Shown one piece after another: positions 50,289-63,885 of a stretch of DNA of 64,000 nucleotides (its first letter is position 1; each line of letters starts with the position of its first letter). The notes under the pieces are model-generated. The model did not search any database and had not been told where the DNA came from. It worked only from the letters and a program-made list of their open reading frames with translations. Source of the stretch: Azolla caroliniana (Eukaryota; Plantae; Polypodiophyta); assembly GCA_043228905.1 (NCBI GenBank), contig JBHGNT010000005.1, positions 11,532,001 through 11,596,000 of the forward strand, given 5' to 3'. A program made the position numbers and the translations under genes.

Positions 50289-51454
50289 TGTCGTGAAGAT
50301 TTTCAGCAACGATGTGAAAATTGCATGGAACGTACAAAATCGAGTGTGGTTCTTCACACACAATATGAAACAATAATAATGTAAATAAGTTTAATATCTT
50401 CGTACAAAATGATGGAGATCTTGAAGAGCTTTTAAATGCACTTTGCTACATAACAAACGAACATCTGAGTGTCAAGTTATGTGGGTATCAAGTTTGCAAA
50501 GAAAAAGAGAGAAATAAAAAATTGTGAGATATCCCACATAGACAGGAAAAATAAGGATCTCACCATATATAAGGAAGAGAAAAAGCTATTATCTTTGTGT
50601 TTATGTGTGGAGAATACAAAGGATGAGTTGAATGACTTGCTGAATGGATGTAGCTAAGTTCATTGGTTTTGGACGACGATGGAACCAGAACCGGACAGAC
50701 GGACGATGACGACATCTGGCGACCAGTGACTGGCATCCGGCATCCGGCAACGGATCTAGTGACCGGCAACCGGTGATGGAACCGGCGACCTCGGGATGTG
50801 GACTGAACCGGGCCAAACCGAATGGATGCAAATCAGACAGATTGGTTGATCACGGTGCATGGTGTTTTAAAGATATTTGGTCCAAAAGCCTAATAATATT
50901 TTGTGCTTTGAAAGGGATGTAAGCAAGACTTGATCCTTGCACCTCCATGATAGGAGGCAATAAACTTACCACTAGGCTATGTCATTTCCTTACAAATGTT
51001 TTTCCTATCATTATAGTTTTACGTGGAATTTCTCATATTAGAGCTTGATTCAGTGACATGTGATGCATGAGCGCCAAATGGCAAACATGCATCACATGCA
51101 TTCCATGCATTGTATAAATATCTTGTACCCTCACATGCATAATATGCATCAGAGCATCTATAAAAGGATGGATGAAAAGGATCAAAAGGGAGCGATGTAT
51201 TAATGAAGAAATTAAAAGTAAGAATTCGTTATCCAATTGATGTATCAATCTTGTTCTTCAAATCTAAAGTTAAGAGTTCAATCTTAATCTCTCTTAATCT
51301 AAAGTCAAGTGTTCTATCTTATCTCAATGTCTCTCTCTTTCAATCTATCTTAATTCCTTTCTCGCTAAAGCTAGTGCAAACTTCAAGTCCTTCCGGTCTA
51401 GAACCCCGGTGGTTCCACCTCACGATCCGCGCGTAGTGACAGATCTTCACATCA
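50289..51454 (+). repeat. 3' LTR of the tRNA-Trp gypsy
   Basis: 50560-51454 aligns with 37621-38510. Confidence 0.9.
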
Positions 51455-53340
51455 ATGGCCAATCCTGACCGGACAATCACATTGTGGTAAGCGCATGCTA
51501 ACATTTGAGGCGGAATTGTTGTCCTACTTGGACATTCTGGACATAGCCCACGAATTTGGTGCTCTGTTACAATTCAACACAACCTTCGAACTCATGGAGT
51601 TCCTGGCCACCCAGCAAATTAAGGTGTCGCAGCGCATGTTGGAGGAGCATGTCGAATGCTAGATGATTGAGTGTGCGCTAATATATACAACAGAAAGTGA
51701 ACGCAGGCGTCCTAAGAATCGACATCGAGCTGCCCCCCCTAAATATGGCATTGGTGGAAGTACACAAGGAGCCAAAGATGTGACGGAGAAAATTCCAAAT
51801 CAATGAAAATTGATAAATATAATGTAGCAGCAGTTGGAGAAGGCGCAACACAGAATCGCGGAGCTGGAGAGCGACAGACAAGCACGGATGGAGCCGGCTC
51901 CTACCCTAACCTCCCTTACACTAGAGATAGAGACAGTACGGGTGGAAGTCGAAGCGCAAAAAGTGATCACTGACAAAGCAAAACGCGCGAGAGAGCGAGC
52001 CGAGCTGAAAATCGAACGGCTCCACTCTGAACCTCGACAATTCTCGGACAGAGAGGCCAATATTAGGGCAAAAGGGCGCAAGGCTGTAAAAGCACTTCAA
52101 GAAAAGCTGGATGTCGAGACCGCCGTGCAAAAATAAACAATATCTGAACTCAACAAACCAAAGGAGGACGTAGCCCAAAAAGACGAGATTATCACATCGT
52201 TTTGCGAGGCAGCATAGAAGAAGGTGGCGTGGTACAACAAAAAGCTCGAAAATGAATGGCAGGTCAATCGAGACGTCGAAACTTGCTTAAATAAGGAAAT
52301 GGGCCAGATAGAGGAACTCCATGAAAAGGAGTCACAAATATGGAATGGGGTGAAAGCTATCTATGAAGAAGTTGCAACTGCCAACATATGCAAAATATTA
52401 AAACCTCAAGAAATGTCATGAGAACTTACAGGCACGCACACAAATGAGCACTGAGTGCATTCGCATTCGCATTCTCCTTCAAACAAAGTAAGAACGCTTC
52501 ACAACCCAATTGCAAGCGGCCCTAAATAGAGGTTGGGCCAGATGGGCGGCACAAGCTTCCGAGCTCCACATCTACAGGGCCGATTGGGAGAACCACCAGA
52601 AGGAAGGAAAAGGCTTCTACATGTTGAGTGAGGAAAGCCTTGGTCGATCGCCACTCTGAGGAGATAATGCAACTAATGGAGGATTTTGGTGGTAGCGAAA
52701 TTGACACCTCCCTCCAACTCCAAGCTATCGAAGCCAAACAACGGAAAGCAGAGGCGGAGAAAAGAGCGGTAGCCATCATACTCCCGGATAGCGACTTCAG
52801 GAAGCATAACATTCATGAGCCTACAAGGGTACAACGAAGCCCTGGAAGTTACCATGGCACCGCAACCACCAGAGCCCACACCAAGCAATTCCTACCACAC
52901 CCTGGAAGTGACAACTAAAGAAGCAACTCGAGAGGAACCTTGGGAGGAACCACGGGACGATACCACAGCACCGCAACCTTCAGAGCCGACACCAAGGGCT
53001 CTCTACCACACCCCCAAAGTCACGGATGACAAAGCACGGGAGGAACCACGGGAGGGACCACAGGAAGAGCCACTATAGGAGCCTCCGATTGACGACTGTC
53101 ATGAGGAACGGGCGCCAAGCAATGACCCCACGGAGGGAGAACCATAAGCTTGGATGCAGGTAGTGGAGTCGGAATTGACGGAACCCGAACACCGTTTTGG
53201 TCCTAACCCCACTGAACCAAGTTCACGGCCGTAGTCCGGTGCGTGACCGAACCAATCAAAGCCAAAACAACTTCCAGTGTGACCGACATGAGCGACCTCC
53301 CGGAACCCAATATTCTCGATATTTTCGACGAAGAATAAAG
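51455..53340 (+). pseudogene. Decayed coiled-coil / Pro-Glu-rich ORF, probably retroelement-derived
   Basis: Charged helical ORF fragments 51834-52136, 52224-52421 and 52628-53078; ~111-bp internal duplication; no recognisable domain. Confidence 0.4.
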
Positions 53341-53344
53341 GGCT

Positions 53345-56300
53345 CAAGGATAGGGGACTGTTGTACCGACACTGTGTAACCGAACATCTAGTTGCCTATA
53401 CGGATGTCGACTGGGCCGGTGATGCATCAGATCATCGGTCAACATCCAGCTTTATGTTCTCTCTTGGTAGCGCCGCTATTGTGTGGAGCAACATGAAGCG
53501 GCCGGTAGTGGCTCGGTCGAGCATTGAGGTTGAGTACTGAGGAGCTACCATCATGACCTATGAAGCCATATGGCTTCGGCGGCTGCTACAAGACCTTAGG
53601 ATCAAAGTACCGACTCTAATTCCAATGTAGCATGCAGCTGGCCAAGAACCCCGTGTTCCATGCTCGCACAAAGCTCATCAAAGTGCATTATCACTTCGTG
53701 CGCGAGCGGGTCCTGAGCGGTGAAGTCGAACTCCAATATGTTCAGACCGATCGGCAGGTTGCTGACATCTTCACCAAGTCACTCGGATCGGACCAGTTGA
53801 ATCACTTTTCGGAGATGCTTGGGCTACAACATCTCGAAGTGTTGCACTTGAGGGGGAGAATCGGAACTCGAATTAGGAGAATAGGTAAAGCAACTGAAGA
53901 CAAGAAGAAAAAGGGAGCCGAATCGACCAATGAAGTTGGCATATCTGATGAAGGATAGAGCTGACCGGAAGATGAAGGCCAAGACCCGGACATGGTCTGA
54001 TGTGGTGAAGAGCCTAAATGTTGAAGACGAATCGGAGGCAACCGATTCGGTTGAGCAGTTCGATTTAGATGGGCCAAATCACATGAAAGCCAAATAGACA
54101 AGAAGGCCATAGAAGTCTACGCTAACAGGGAGGAGCCGACGGATCGAGAAGCACAGAAGTCATAGAAACGAAGGAGCTAAGATGGGGTTAGGAAACAGGT
54201 CCCTCCGGATGGGAAGTGAGAAGAATAGTGTTGATGAGCAAATTTGCCGAGGCCGAAACCGGATGTGGAATACCCAGCAATGGAAGACCCGGTGAGAACC
54301 GGATGACGAGTACCCGACAACGGAAGACCCGGTGAGAACCAGATGACGAGTACCCGGCAATGGAAGACCCAGGGAGAACCGGATGTGGAGTACCCGGCTA
54401 TGGAAAACCCAGGGAGAACCGGATGACGAGTACCCGACAAGAGCCGGATGGTGAAGGCCCGGTGAGAAGTACTCACCGGATGAAGGGACATATTCGTAAA
54501 TATGTTTTCTGAGAGTCCATCGGGGCTATATATGTAAATATGTGAAAAGTCATATTAGTATAAATATGACTTAGGGCAAACTTAGTGGCATTGTTGTTGT
54601 CATTCTTATTGGTGCAAGATTTGAGTGCGTAACTGTGTACAGAGAAAGAGAGAGAGAGAGGAAGAGGTTGTTGCCTCTATTGTAACCGCTGCTTGTGGCG
54701 AAGAAAGCAAGCTCGAGGTCGTTGCCTCGGTGCTTTACTATTGTACATTGTGATATAATGATAGTTTGCAGTCTGCGAGCTGCCGTGGTTTTTCCCTAGT
54801 TTGGGTTTTCCACGTTAACATCCCGTGTACTCTTCTCTTTATTGTGTTGTGTGTTCAGTACCTGTTTTCCGTGTTTGATTCTAGCCTCGGTTGTGGCCGA
54901 GCATTGTTCATAGGGAGCGTGTATTCCTGTCAAAGTGGTATCAGAGCGAAACGACACAGAAAAATGGACGATTCGTTGGGAGGCATGTGCAAGCTCACCG
55001 GCTCCAACTATTCGGTGTGGAAGTCGAAGATGAGGGACATGCTCGTGGTTAAAGATCTTTGGTTGCCGGTTCAGTTCAGGTACAAGAGACCGGACAAAAT
55101 CAACGCCACGATATGGGAGGTGACGCACATGAAGACAATGGTGTCCATATGGTACTTGATCGACATGAGTCTATACAACAACTTCAATGAAGAGAGCACG
55201 GCTCATGAGCTCTGGGAGAAGATCGACATTATGTTTCAAAACAAAAATGTCGTTAATCAGGTTTCGATATTTTGGAAGCTAGTAAGACTCCGGTACCAAG
55301 ATGGCTCCAGCATGGCGGAGCACATGAATGCTTTCCAGGGGCTGATCCACCAGGCAACATCATTGGAAGTACCTCTCGTCAATGAGGTACTAGCGCTACT
55401 CCTGATCTGTTCCCTCCCAGATAGCTGGGAGACGTTGGTTGTCACTTTGGGCAACGCCGGGCCGGAAGGGAAATGGTTATGCCTAGCAAGAGTGAAGTTG
55501 AGCTTGCTAGATGAGGAGGCGCATCGGAAAGATAAGGATACGAACTCTGACTCCAAAGCTCTCATTACCGAATCGAAACGCGAAAGACAAACGAATCGTA
55601 GTCCCCAGAACCGGGAGAAGTCGGGGACACGGTCAAAGTCAAGGGGGAGGCCTACCTGCTTCTATTGCGGTAAGCCGGGACACTTCCAGAAGAAATGTCG
55701 GCACTTCCGAAAAGACAAGGAAACTGATGGCACCAATTCGAAGCGGACACCGGACCAGAACGGTAAAGACCGGAGGGGAATGGACCGGAAGGGAACGATG
55801 GCAATCGCGGCAAGTGAAGAAGAGTTGATGCTCATCACCGAGGAGAGTGACCTAAACCTTGCTGGCGACGAGATGACCTGGGTGGTCGACTCCGGAGCGT
55901 CGTTCCCCCTTACGCCGGACCGGAAATGCTTCTCATCCTACTCAGCCGGTGATCACGGCTGTGTCCGGATGGGGAATGAAGGTACATGCCAAATTGTCGG
56001 CATAGGAGACGTGTGGTTGACAACACCAACCGGATGCAAGCTGCTACTAAAGGATGTCCGACATGTTCTAGAGGTTCGTCTGAACCTGATATTAGCCGGT
56101 CGGCTAGATGATGAAGGCTACACGGGTAGCATCTGGAACGGTGTTATGAAGTTTAGCAAAGGGAGCTTGATTGTGGCTCGGGCCTGGAAGGTCAACATGA
56201 TGTACTTGATGAATGCCTAGTTATGCCCGGAAGAAGTGAACGTGGCATCTGACACTACCGGTGAGTTGTGGCACAAGAGGTTGTGTCACATGAGCGAGAA

Positions 56301-59300
56301 GGGGATGAAGAGACTTGCAGACGACAACCTCATTCCAGTGAAGAACGTGCGCTTGGAGAAGTGCATTGATTGTCTGGTCGGTAAACAAAACCGAACTTCC
56401 TTCCGATCAAGGCCACCGATGAGACGTAATGCACTACTAGAGTTAGTGCATACTGATGTATGTCAAGTGGACACGAAGTCACATGCCGGATTGTAGTACT
56501 TCGTGACGTTCATAGATGACCACAACCGGCCACACTATTGAAGACGAAGGATTAGGTGCTATCCATCTTCAAAGAGCTCCACGCGAGAGTGGAAAGAGAA
56601 ATCGGCCGGAAGCTGAAGGCGGTTCGAGGAGATAACGGAGGTGAATATCGGGGGCAGTTCGAGTAGTATTGTCGCTCGAAGGGAATCCGGCTCGAATTTA
56701 CCGTGCCGAAGATGCCGGAACTAAATGGGCTGGCCGAGAGGATGAACCAGACCATAATGGAGAGGGTCTGGAGTATGCTGGGGCATGCAAAATTACCCAA
56801 GACGTTTTGGGCTGAGGCGCTGTCGACAGCAAAGTATGTGATAAACAGATCACCCTCAGTGCCCTTGGATGGAGACACACTGCAAAAGGTGTGGACCGGT
56901 AAGGAAGTGTCCTACCGGCATCTGAAGGTGTTCGGGTGTCTCGTGTACGTGCATGTTGCTAAGGATCGGAGAGGAAAGTTGGATCCAAAGACCCGGCCAT
57001 GCATATTCTTCGGATACGGCGATGATGAATTCGGCTACCAACTGTGGGATCCGGTTGACAAGAAGGCTTTCTGAAGTCGAGATATTATCTTCATGGAGGA
57101 CAAGAATCTTGCTGACTGGGAGTTGGAGAAGAAGATAATGAACTCTGATGAGATTCAAACACACCCGGCTAAGAGCCGGTTACGGTGAGGATACCGAACC
57201 GGCAGAAGAAGAAGTAGAGGAAGCTGAAATCTGAACCGGCCAAGACCCTAAATCGGATTCGGATGAAGAACAAATAGTGGAGCTGGTTTCCGAAGGCCAA
57301 AGACGGAGATATCCTCTTAGAGAGAGAAGGCCCCCCCGGAGATTTCCGGATGCAGAGCATGTGCTGCTGACCGATGAGGGAGAGCCGGAAAGCTTCGAAG
57401 AAGCGAAGGATGACACCCACAACCACAAATGGTTAAGTGCTATGCAGGATGAGATGGATTCCCTGCATGAGAAACATAGGTATGAATTGGTGGAGTTGCC
57501 GAAAGGAAAGCGGGCACTCCGAAATAAGTGGGTGTACAAGTTGATACCGGGAGATGCCGGCAACCCCCCGAGATACAAAGCCAGGATTGTGGTGAAGGGG
57601 TTCTAGCAAAAGAAGGGCATGGACTTCGACGAGATATTTGCCCCGTAGTAAAGATGACCTCCATCTGGACGGTGCTAAGTATAGCGGCAAGCATGGACCT
57701 CGAGGTAGAGCAGCTGGATGTGAAGACGACATTCCTTCACGGTGACCTCGAAGAGGAGATCTACATGCAGCAACCGGAAGGATTCGTGGAGAAAGGGAAG
57801 GAGCACCTAGTTTGTCAGTTGAAGAAGAGCCTGTATGGACTGAAGCAGGCTCCCCGACAATGGTACCGGAAGTTCGACTCCTTCATGACTGATCAAGGGT
57901 ACCACAAGACGCAGGCCGATCACTGCGTGTTTGTGAAGAAGTTCGAAGGAGGCGACTTCTTGATACTCCTTCTGTACGTGGATGACATGTTGATCGTCGG
58001 ACGGGACCAAGCCAGAATACGGATGCTGAAGAAGGCTCTCAACCGAACTTTCACAATGAAAGACTTGGGTCCAACAAGAAGGATGTTGGGGATGCATATC
58101 ATCCGGAACCGGCCAACGAAGAAATTGTGGCTGTCACAGGAGAAATACGTGACAAAGGTGCTTCAGCGGTTCAACATGTTAGAAGCGAAACCGGTCGGAT
58201 CGACACTTCTGGCAAACTGCAGATTATCCGGTAAGCAAAGCCCGAAGACGAAAGCAGAGAAGGCTGATATGATGAAGGTTCCATATGCCTCTGTCGTCGG
58301 GAGCTTAATGTACGCAATGGTGTGTACTCGACCGGATATAGGATACGAAGTCGGAGTGGTGAGCCGGTTTATGAGCAATCCCGGCAAGGAGCACTGGAAC
58401 GCGGTCAAATGGATACTCTGGTACTTGAAGGGCACTTCGAATATGTGTCTCCGATTCGGCTCTAGTAAACCTCAACTTGACAGTTTTACTGATTCGGATA
58501 TGTCAGCTGATGTGGATACCAGACGGTCTACATCCGGATATGTAATGACATATGCAGGGGGAGCTGTTTCGTGGCAGTCAAGGCTGCAGAAGACGGTTGC
58601 TTTGTCAAGCACGGAAGCGGAGTACATGGCGGCTGTGGAAGCCGGCAAGGAAATACTATGGATGAAGGACTTCATCGGAGAGCTCGGTATTCGGCAAGAT
58701 GAATACCGGCTCTATTGCGACAGTCAAAGTGCCATCCACCTTGCTAAGAACGCATCATATTACTGGCATTCTTGTTGGTGTAGGATTTGAGTGCGTAACT
58801 ATGTACAGAGAGAGAGAGAGTGAGAGGAAGAGGTCGTTGCCTCTGTTGTAACCACCGCCTATGGCGAAGAAAGCAAGCTCGAGGTCGTTGCCTCGATGCT
58901 TTACTATTGTACATTGTGATATAGTGATAGTTTGTAGTCTGTGGGCTGCCGTGGTTTTTCCCTAGTTTGGGTTTTCCACGTTAACATCCCGTGTACTCTT
59001 CTCTTTATTGTGTTGTGCATTCAGTACCCGTTTTCTATGTTTGATTCTAGCCTCGGTTGTGGCCGAGCGTTGTTCATCAGGAGCGTGTATTCCTGTCAGA
59101 TGGGCCTAATGAGGAGACAAGCTGACTGAGAAGGTCGAGGTGCACGGAACCAGACGGGTCGTGGAAAGTGGGATCGGATGGGTAGAGGTGCATGAGTGAG
59201 GCGTGAAGATGCCAGGAGGAGCCGGAAGCAAGGTCCGGCAACGACTGACACGACTGGCCGACCTCTAGTTGAGCTTGAGGGGGAGGGTTGAGTGGACAAG

Positions 59301-59666
59301 GTCAACATGATTCGGAACAGCTGAATAAGCCAAGAGCCAGATCGGTGTCCCGATCTGAGTGTAATCGGTAGGTCGATCCTAGCCTAGTAGATAGGCATAT
59401 TTTGAGGAGTTAGTGTGAGAGCTCAGTTATGAGCAGTGAAGTGCTTGTCAGTACTTCTGTCAATCCATTGAAGGACTTCTAAAAAGTGCTCTCTGAGCAC
59501 ATTCGATGTATAAAGTTTATAGAGTGTATTTTTTGTGTTCTCCTCTCTCTGTCTCTCTCGTTTACTCTTTGTGTGTTTCAAGCTTTCCGTTAAACCTTCA
59601 TTCTATGTTTTGTTGCTATCCAGTAGAACCAGTTGTGTCTACAAGCTTCCACACGCTGTTTTTACA
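53345..59666 (+). mobile_element. Ty1/copia 3' part (copy G: RNase H, 3' UTR, PPT, 3' LTR), interrupted by Copia F
   Basis: AYTDVDWAG, NPVFHARTK, ADIFTK; PPT TGAGGGGGAG ending 59285; LTR 59286-59666 ending TTTTTACA, similar to the A/B LTRs. Confidence 0.82.
54186..59098 (+). mobile_element. Ty1/copia (copy F, relative of E) with the RNase H end, PPT and 3' U3 deleted
   Basis: TSD GATGG at 54181-54185 and 59099-59103; 5' LTR 54186-54932; PBS 54936-54947; gag ATG 54964; partial 3' LTR ~58764-59098. Confidence 0.93.
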
Positions 59667-60930
59667 CCTACCCGCCAGCCATTCACTTCAGATGGATGGT
59701 TGACTTAGTGATGATGCCAATGAGAATAGGCCAGGTGAGGTCCCTGGTGCTTGCAAGGGAGGATCTAACGAACTAGGCAAAAGGGCGAGCCCTGACGAAC
59801 AAGAAAACTGCGGCAGAGTGAAGGCGATTGTGTGAGCCTCCTACAGACGAGTCAGAGATTGACTGCAACTCTTGCTGTATGTGTTGTGGGCCGACCAAAC
59901 TATACACATTTCAGTAATGGGGTACATGTGGGTCGAGCTCATGTTTGGATAAAAGCCGATCATGCCAGTGGAAAAGACGATCACTTTATGGATGTCGGTT
60001 GGCTGGACGGACGAAATGAGCTGGGAAGAGCAACTGGTCGCACGGATTCAACAACTCAAGAGGCGACCGAACGATGTGGAGCGAGCGAGGGCGAAGGTAA
60101 AGGAGATGCAGATGAAGAACAAGGAAAGGTTCGACCAGATTCATCGATCACAACCAAGGAAGATTGAAGAAGGCGATTCAGTATTGGTCTACAATAGTAG
60201 CCTCGACAACTAGCACCGGTCGATGCAGAAATTCGCAAGAAGGTGGTTCGGTCCGTATGTGGTAACAAGCACTAATGACAATACCATGTATCACCTTTTG
60301 GAGCTCAACGAGACGAGGATGGCCGTGTTGGTTGCGGGGAAGCGTATTAAAGTCTTCAAGAGGCAACAAGAGGTGGAACCATATGCAAGGGTGGACGGTG
60401 AGGACACCGATGAGGACCTGGACGAGGATCGGTTTGGTGACAGTTCAGACGAGGACGATTAAAGTCCTAGTCCAAAATTCCCCAATGCTTCACTAGACTG
60501 GCACATGCCGGAGGATGTGCGGGTTTGGTGGGGGTAAATGTCATGAAGGATTACGGCCACGATGAGAAAGCACGCCAAATGTGTAGGAGCAAGGGTGTGC
60601 ATGCTTGCACATGAACTAGGTCTTATGTACAGACAATTGTAAATAATGTAGTATTAATAAGTACAAGAAAATGTAGCTTTTATTAGTACTTATGGGCCCT
60701 CAAAGAGAGATAAGGAATATTAGGACGTGATGGGAATAATTTGACGGAATCAAGGGAAATTTCTGATAGAAACGACTATCAAAACTATCGATGTAACCAA
60801 CCCTCGAGCTATAAAAGGAGGGTAGGGAAACTGTAAAAGGGGGGGAGGGTCATTTTGAAAGAGGAAGGTGTTGTCGAATTGTGTTCGGGAGTGCTTCAGG
60901 TTTCCTATTAATCACGTTGTAACGGATTTC
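59667..60930 (+). mobile_element. Gypsy integrase end and start of 3' LTR, related to the tRNA-Trp family
   Basis: HFRWMVDLV, KFARRWFGPYVVTS; LTR starts TGTCATGAAG at 60539; right end approximate. Confidence 0.8.
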
Positions 60931-62228
60931 AAATGCAAAAAGATGTTTAGAAATTTGGATTTCTAGCTTACAACTAGCTATTGATGTCAATGCATTCTTT
61001 CAAGTACACAATGCAAAGGTTAGTCAAAGTGTCTCTCTATGTCTGTATTGATATGTCAAATTTGAATAATTAATTCATGCATGAAGCTTGGCACATGTTT
61101 TGCAAAATGAAGCATTTGCACAATAGCTCCCCTAATTGATGAAATTGAGGCAAACTATTTTGGTTAACCGGTATGTAGTATTATAGCTTGTGAGAGAGGG
61201 TTCTCTAAGAAAAATGACCTTAACGAGATGACAAGAAATAGATTGAGGATAGAGCATCCCCATAATCTTGGATTCATGTGCAAGTACATTGAGTGTCCTA
61301 GAAATTCATGATATGCAATGTGATTGCGCGTTGGAAAATTGGAAAGGTGGAAAAGATCAATGGGCTAATTAGCTATCTTTTTTATCGTCCATAAAGAGGC
61401 CAGTTTTGATATGTGAGAGAGAAACAATATCTTTTCGAATTCCATTGATATGTGTCATGTTAGTAGTGGGTGTTGGAAATATTTTACTCTAGCAATTATT
61501 GTTGTCTTTGTGAAAGATATGCCTCGTTTGTGCTTCATTCTTTACAATCCCATGCTTTGTTGCGTAAGCCTCTTATAGTATAATATTCCAGTCCTCAATC
61601 ATTATATTTATGTTAGTGCTAATCGGACTATGTACACACATTTGAAGTTCAAAATGAATAATGTGTTTGAAATATAATACATGGTAATAATTGGATCTTT
61701 GTTCAATGCTCAGATTTTAGCCCTTAAAGCAATTACCCCTCACTCTCATCACATTAATACCAAGGTCCAAAATTCCAAATGAAGGGCTAAAGGCATAACT
61801 TTTTCTATGTTCACCAAACAACTTTACCATCTCATCTAAATCCACCTTATTTGTTATGTCTCATCACAAGATGTTAAATGAATTATCTATATGAATGTTT
61901 GAGAGATAAACTAAAGTACTAGCATGCATTTCTTATATTGTTAATATTGACATGTTCGAATAAGCATTTAAGGCACTTCTTTCCAATGAGCATCTTGGCT
62001 AACGCTTACAGGCAATCTTCCTTAGATGGTGCCAAATTAGTGGTGATGGGTGAAATATATGCAACTTTGATGAGAAAAAATGCCATGCAATTCTAAACAA
62101 TGTAGAACAAAACAAAAATTAAATACTTTGTTACAAATTATTGGGCTATAGATAATCTTATGCACCATGTTGTATCACTTCTCTAGACATATCATATTGA
62201 GAAACAAGTGTGTTTATGTCTCATATGT

Positions 62229-63885
62229 GGTTGAGAGATCAAGCTCAACTTAATATAGTTAGTTAGTCAACCATGTAATTTCGTAGTTACCTAGATAGTT
62301 AGAAGTGTTGACTATAACACCTTAAATAGGACCTTGTACTTAAGTGAGATATTCTAGATCCTCCACTCCCAAGTACATTTAATATAGGACTTACACCCTT
62401 GTACCTATATTCTCCTCACACATGTGCACCCTTGCACATGAGATCTATATATACCTAATTCTGGGTATTTTTGTATTTGATGATACTAATTTACTATAGA
62501 GTTAATCATCCCCATCTTGTGTTGTTCATAAGTGTTAACTTCCTCTCTCTTTTCCTCTCACACGCATACACACACATATCACTTAATCTTCCACTTAACT
62601 TAATCACATAATTAGGTACTAATTAACCCCTAGTTAATAACCTAATTCTTAACATAGTATCAGAGCGTGTGGTTTAGAAAATTCACTAAGCCCACCCAAC
62701 TTCGTGATTGTGTGTTCGAGACGCCGACGACAAAATCCGACTATTCGCTACGTAGCACGTGATCGAAGGAAGGAAAGACGAGAAGGAAGACACTACGTCA
62801 AAATGAACACAGAAATGGGTAGCTCACTCCTGAGTGAAAAGCTAGATCGGAGCAATTATTTATCTTGGGAGCACAAGATGAACCAATACCTCGTCGGCCA
62901 AGGGTATTGGAGCTACATCAACGGCGCAGAAGAAAATCGACCCGACCCAAAGAACGCCAACTACTCAACATGGGAGCACGCGGTGAGTCGAGTCATGTAT
63001 TGCTTGGCAACATGTGTCCACGACCACATGCGTAGCCACATACGAGACGCCAAGACACCTAAAGAAGCGTGGATGAACTTAAAAGAAACTTTTCGCTACC
63101 AACACGACCGACCGAAAGCTTCAACTCTAACAAGAGTTGAACACCATTTCGCAAGAAGATATGTCTATGTCGGACTACACCACCAAGATCAAGAGCATTT
63201 GCAACTCGCTTGGCTCAATCAACATAATCGTCGATGAAGATGGGATGGTTCAAATGTGCTTGGGTGGCCTCGCACAACGATTCGACTCGTTGAGGACGCC
63301 AATCTTAGCGAGAGAAAACCCTCCTTCGTTCTTCAACCTTCAATCAATGTTATTTGTCGAAGAGAACCACGTCCAAAACAAAAGCAAGACATCGGAAGCA
63401 CAAATGTTCTTCTCGAATTCGGATGGTGTCTAAGAACGAGGTCAAGGCGGTAGAAGAGGTCGATTCGACCCATCACACGAAGGGAACTCAAACCTTTGAC
63501 CACAAGATAGAAGCCATCGAGGAACAAGGTCGGCAAACGTGGCCCATTGCCTGCAACTATTGCGGGAAAATCAACCACCGTGAAGAGGAGTGTCGGAAAA
63601 AGAGAACCGAGTCGAATTCGACAAGCCAACAACTCACAAACTACGCCAACAACTCCGATTACGATGACTAGGGTGGTCTATTCATAATGAGACATAAGGT
63701 GAGCTCTATGTCAGTCTCCGACTCCATGAGCACCTCCAACTCGGAAGACATGTGGTTCGTCGACTCCAGCGCTTCGCATCATATGACGGCACACCAAGAG
63801 TGGGTCTGTGACTTAAGAAAGACAGACCGACCCAACTTCATAAAGACGGGAGATGACACCACACATCCCATTTGGGAAAGAAGGT
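62229..63885 (+). mobile_element. Ty1/copia 5' part (copy D: LTR, PBS, gag, protease start), decayed
   Basis: LTR 62229-62654; PBS TAGTATCAGAGC 62655-62666; gag homologous to A/B; CNYCGKINHREEEC; WFVDS. Confidence 0.9.

Larger units (their letters stand above)
37621..51454 (+). mobile_element. Divergent Ty3/gypsy element (tRNA-Trp PBS), decayed, with a nested Copia
   Basis: Partial 5' LTR 37621-38510; 3' LTR 50289-51454; terminal inverted ends TGTCGTGAAGAT / ATCTTCACGACA. gag from ~38583; RT DLYSGYDQ, TLPQGATNS, FLDD; RNase H; integrase resumes at 50081. Confidence 0.92.

Noticed and set aside
60930-62228. Possible CACTA transposase remnant (IDMCHV, MFER-like words)
   Set aside because: Too degraded; no ORF or termini to support it without a profile search
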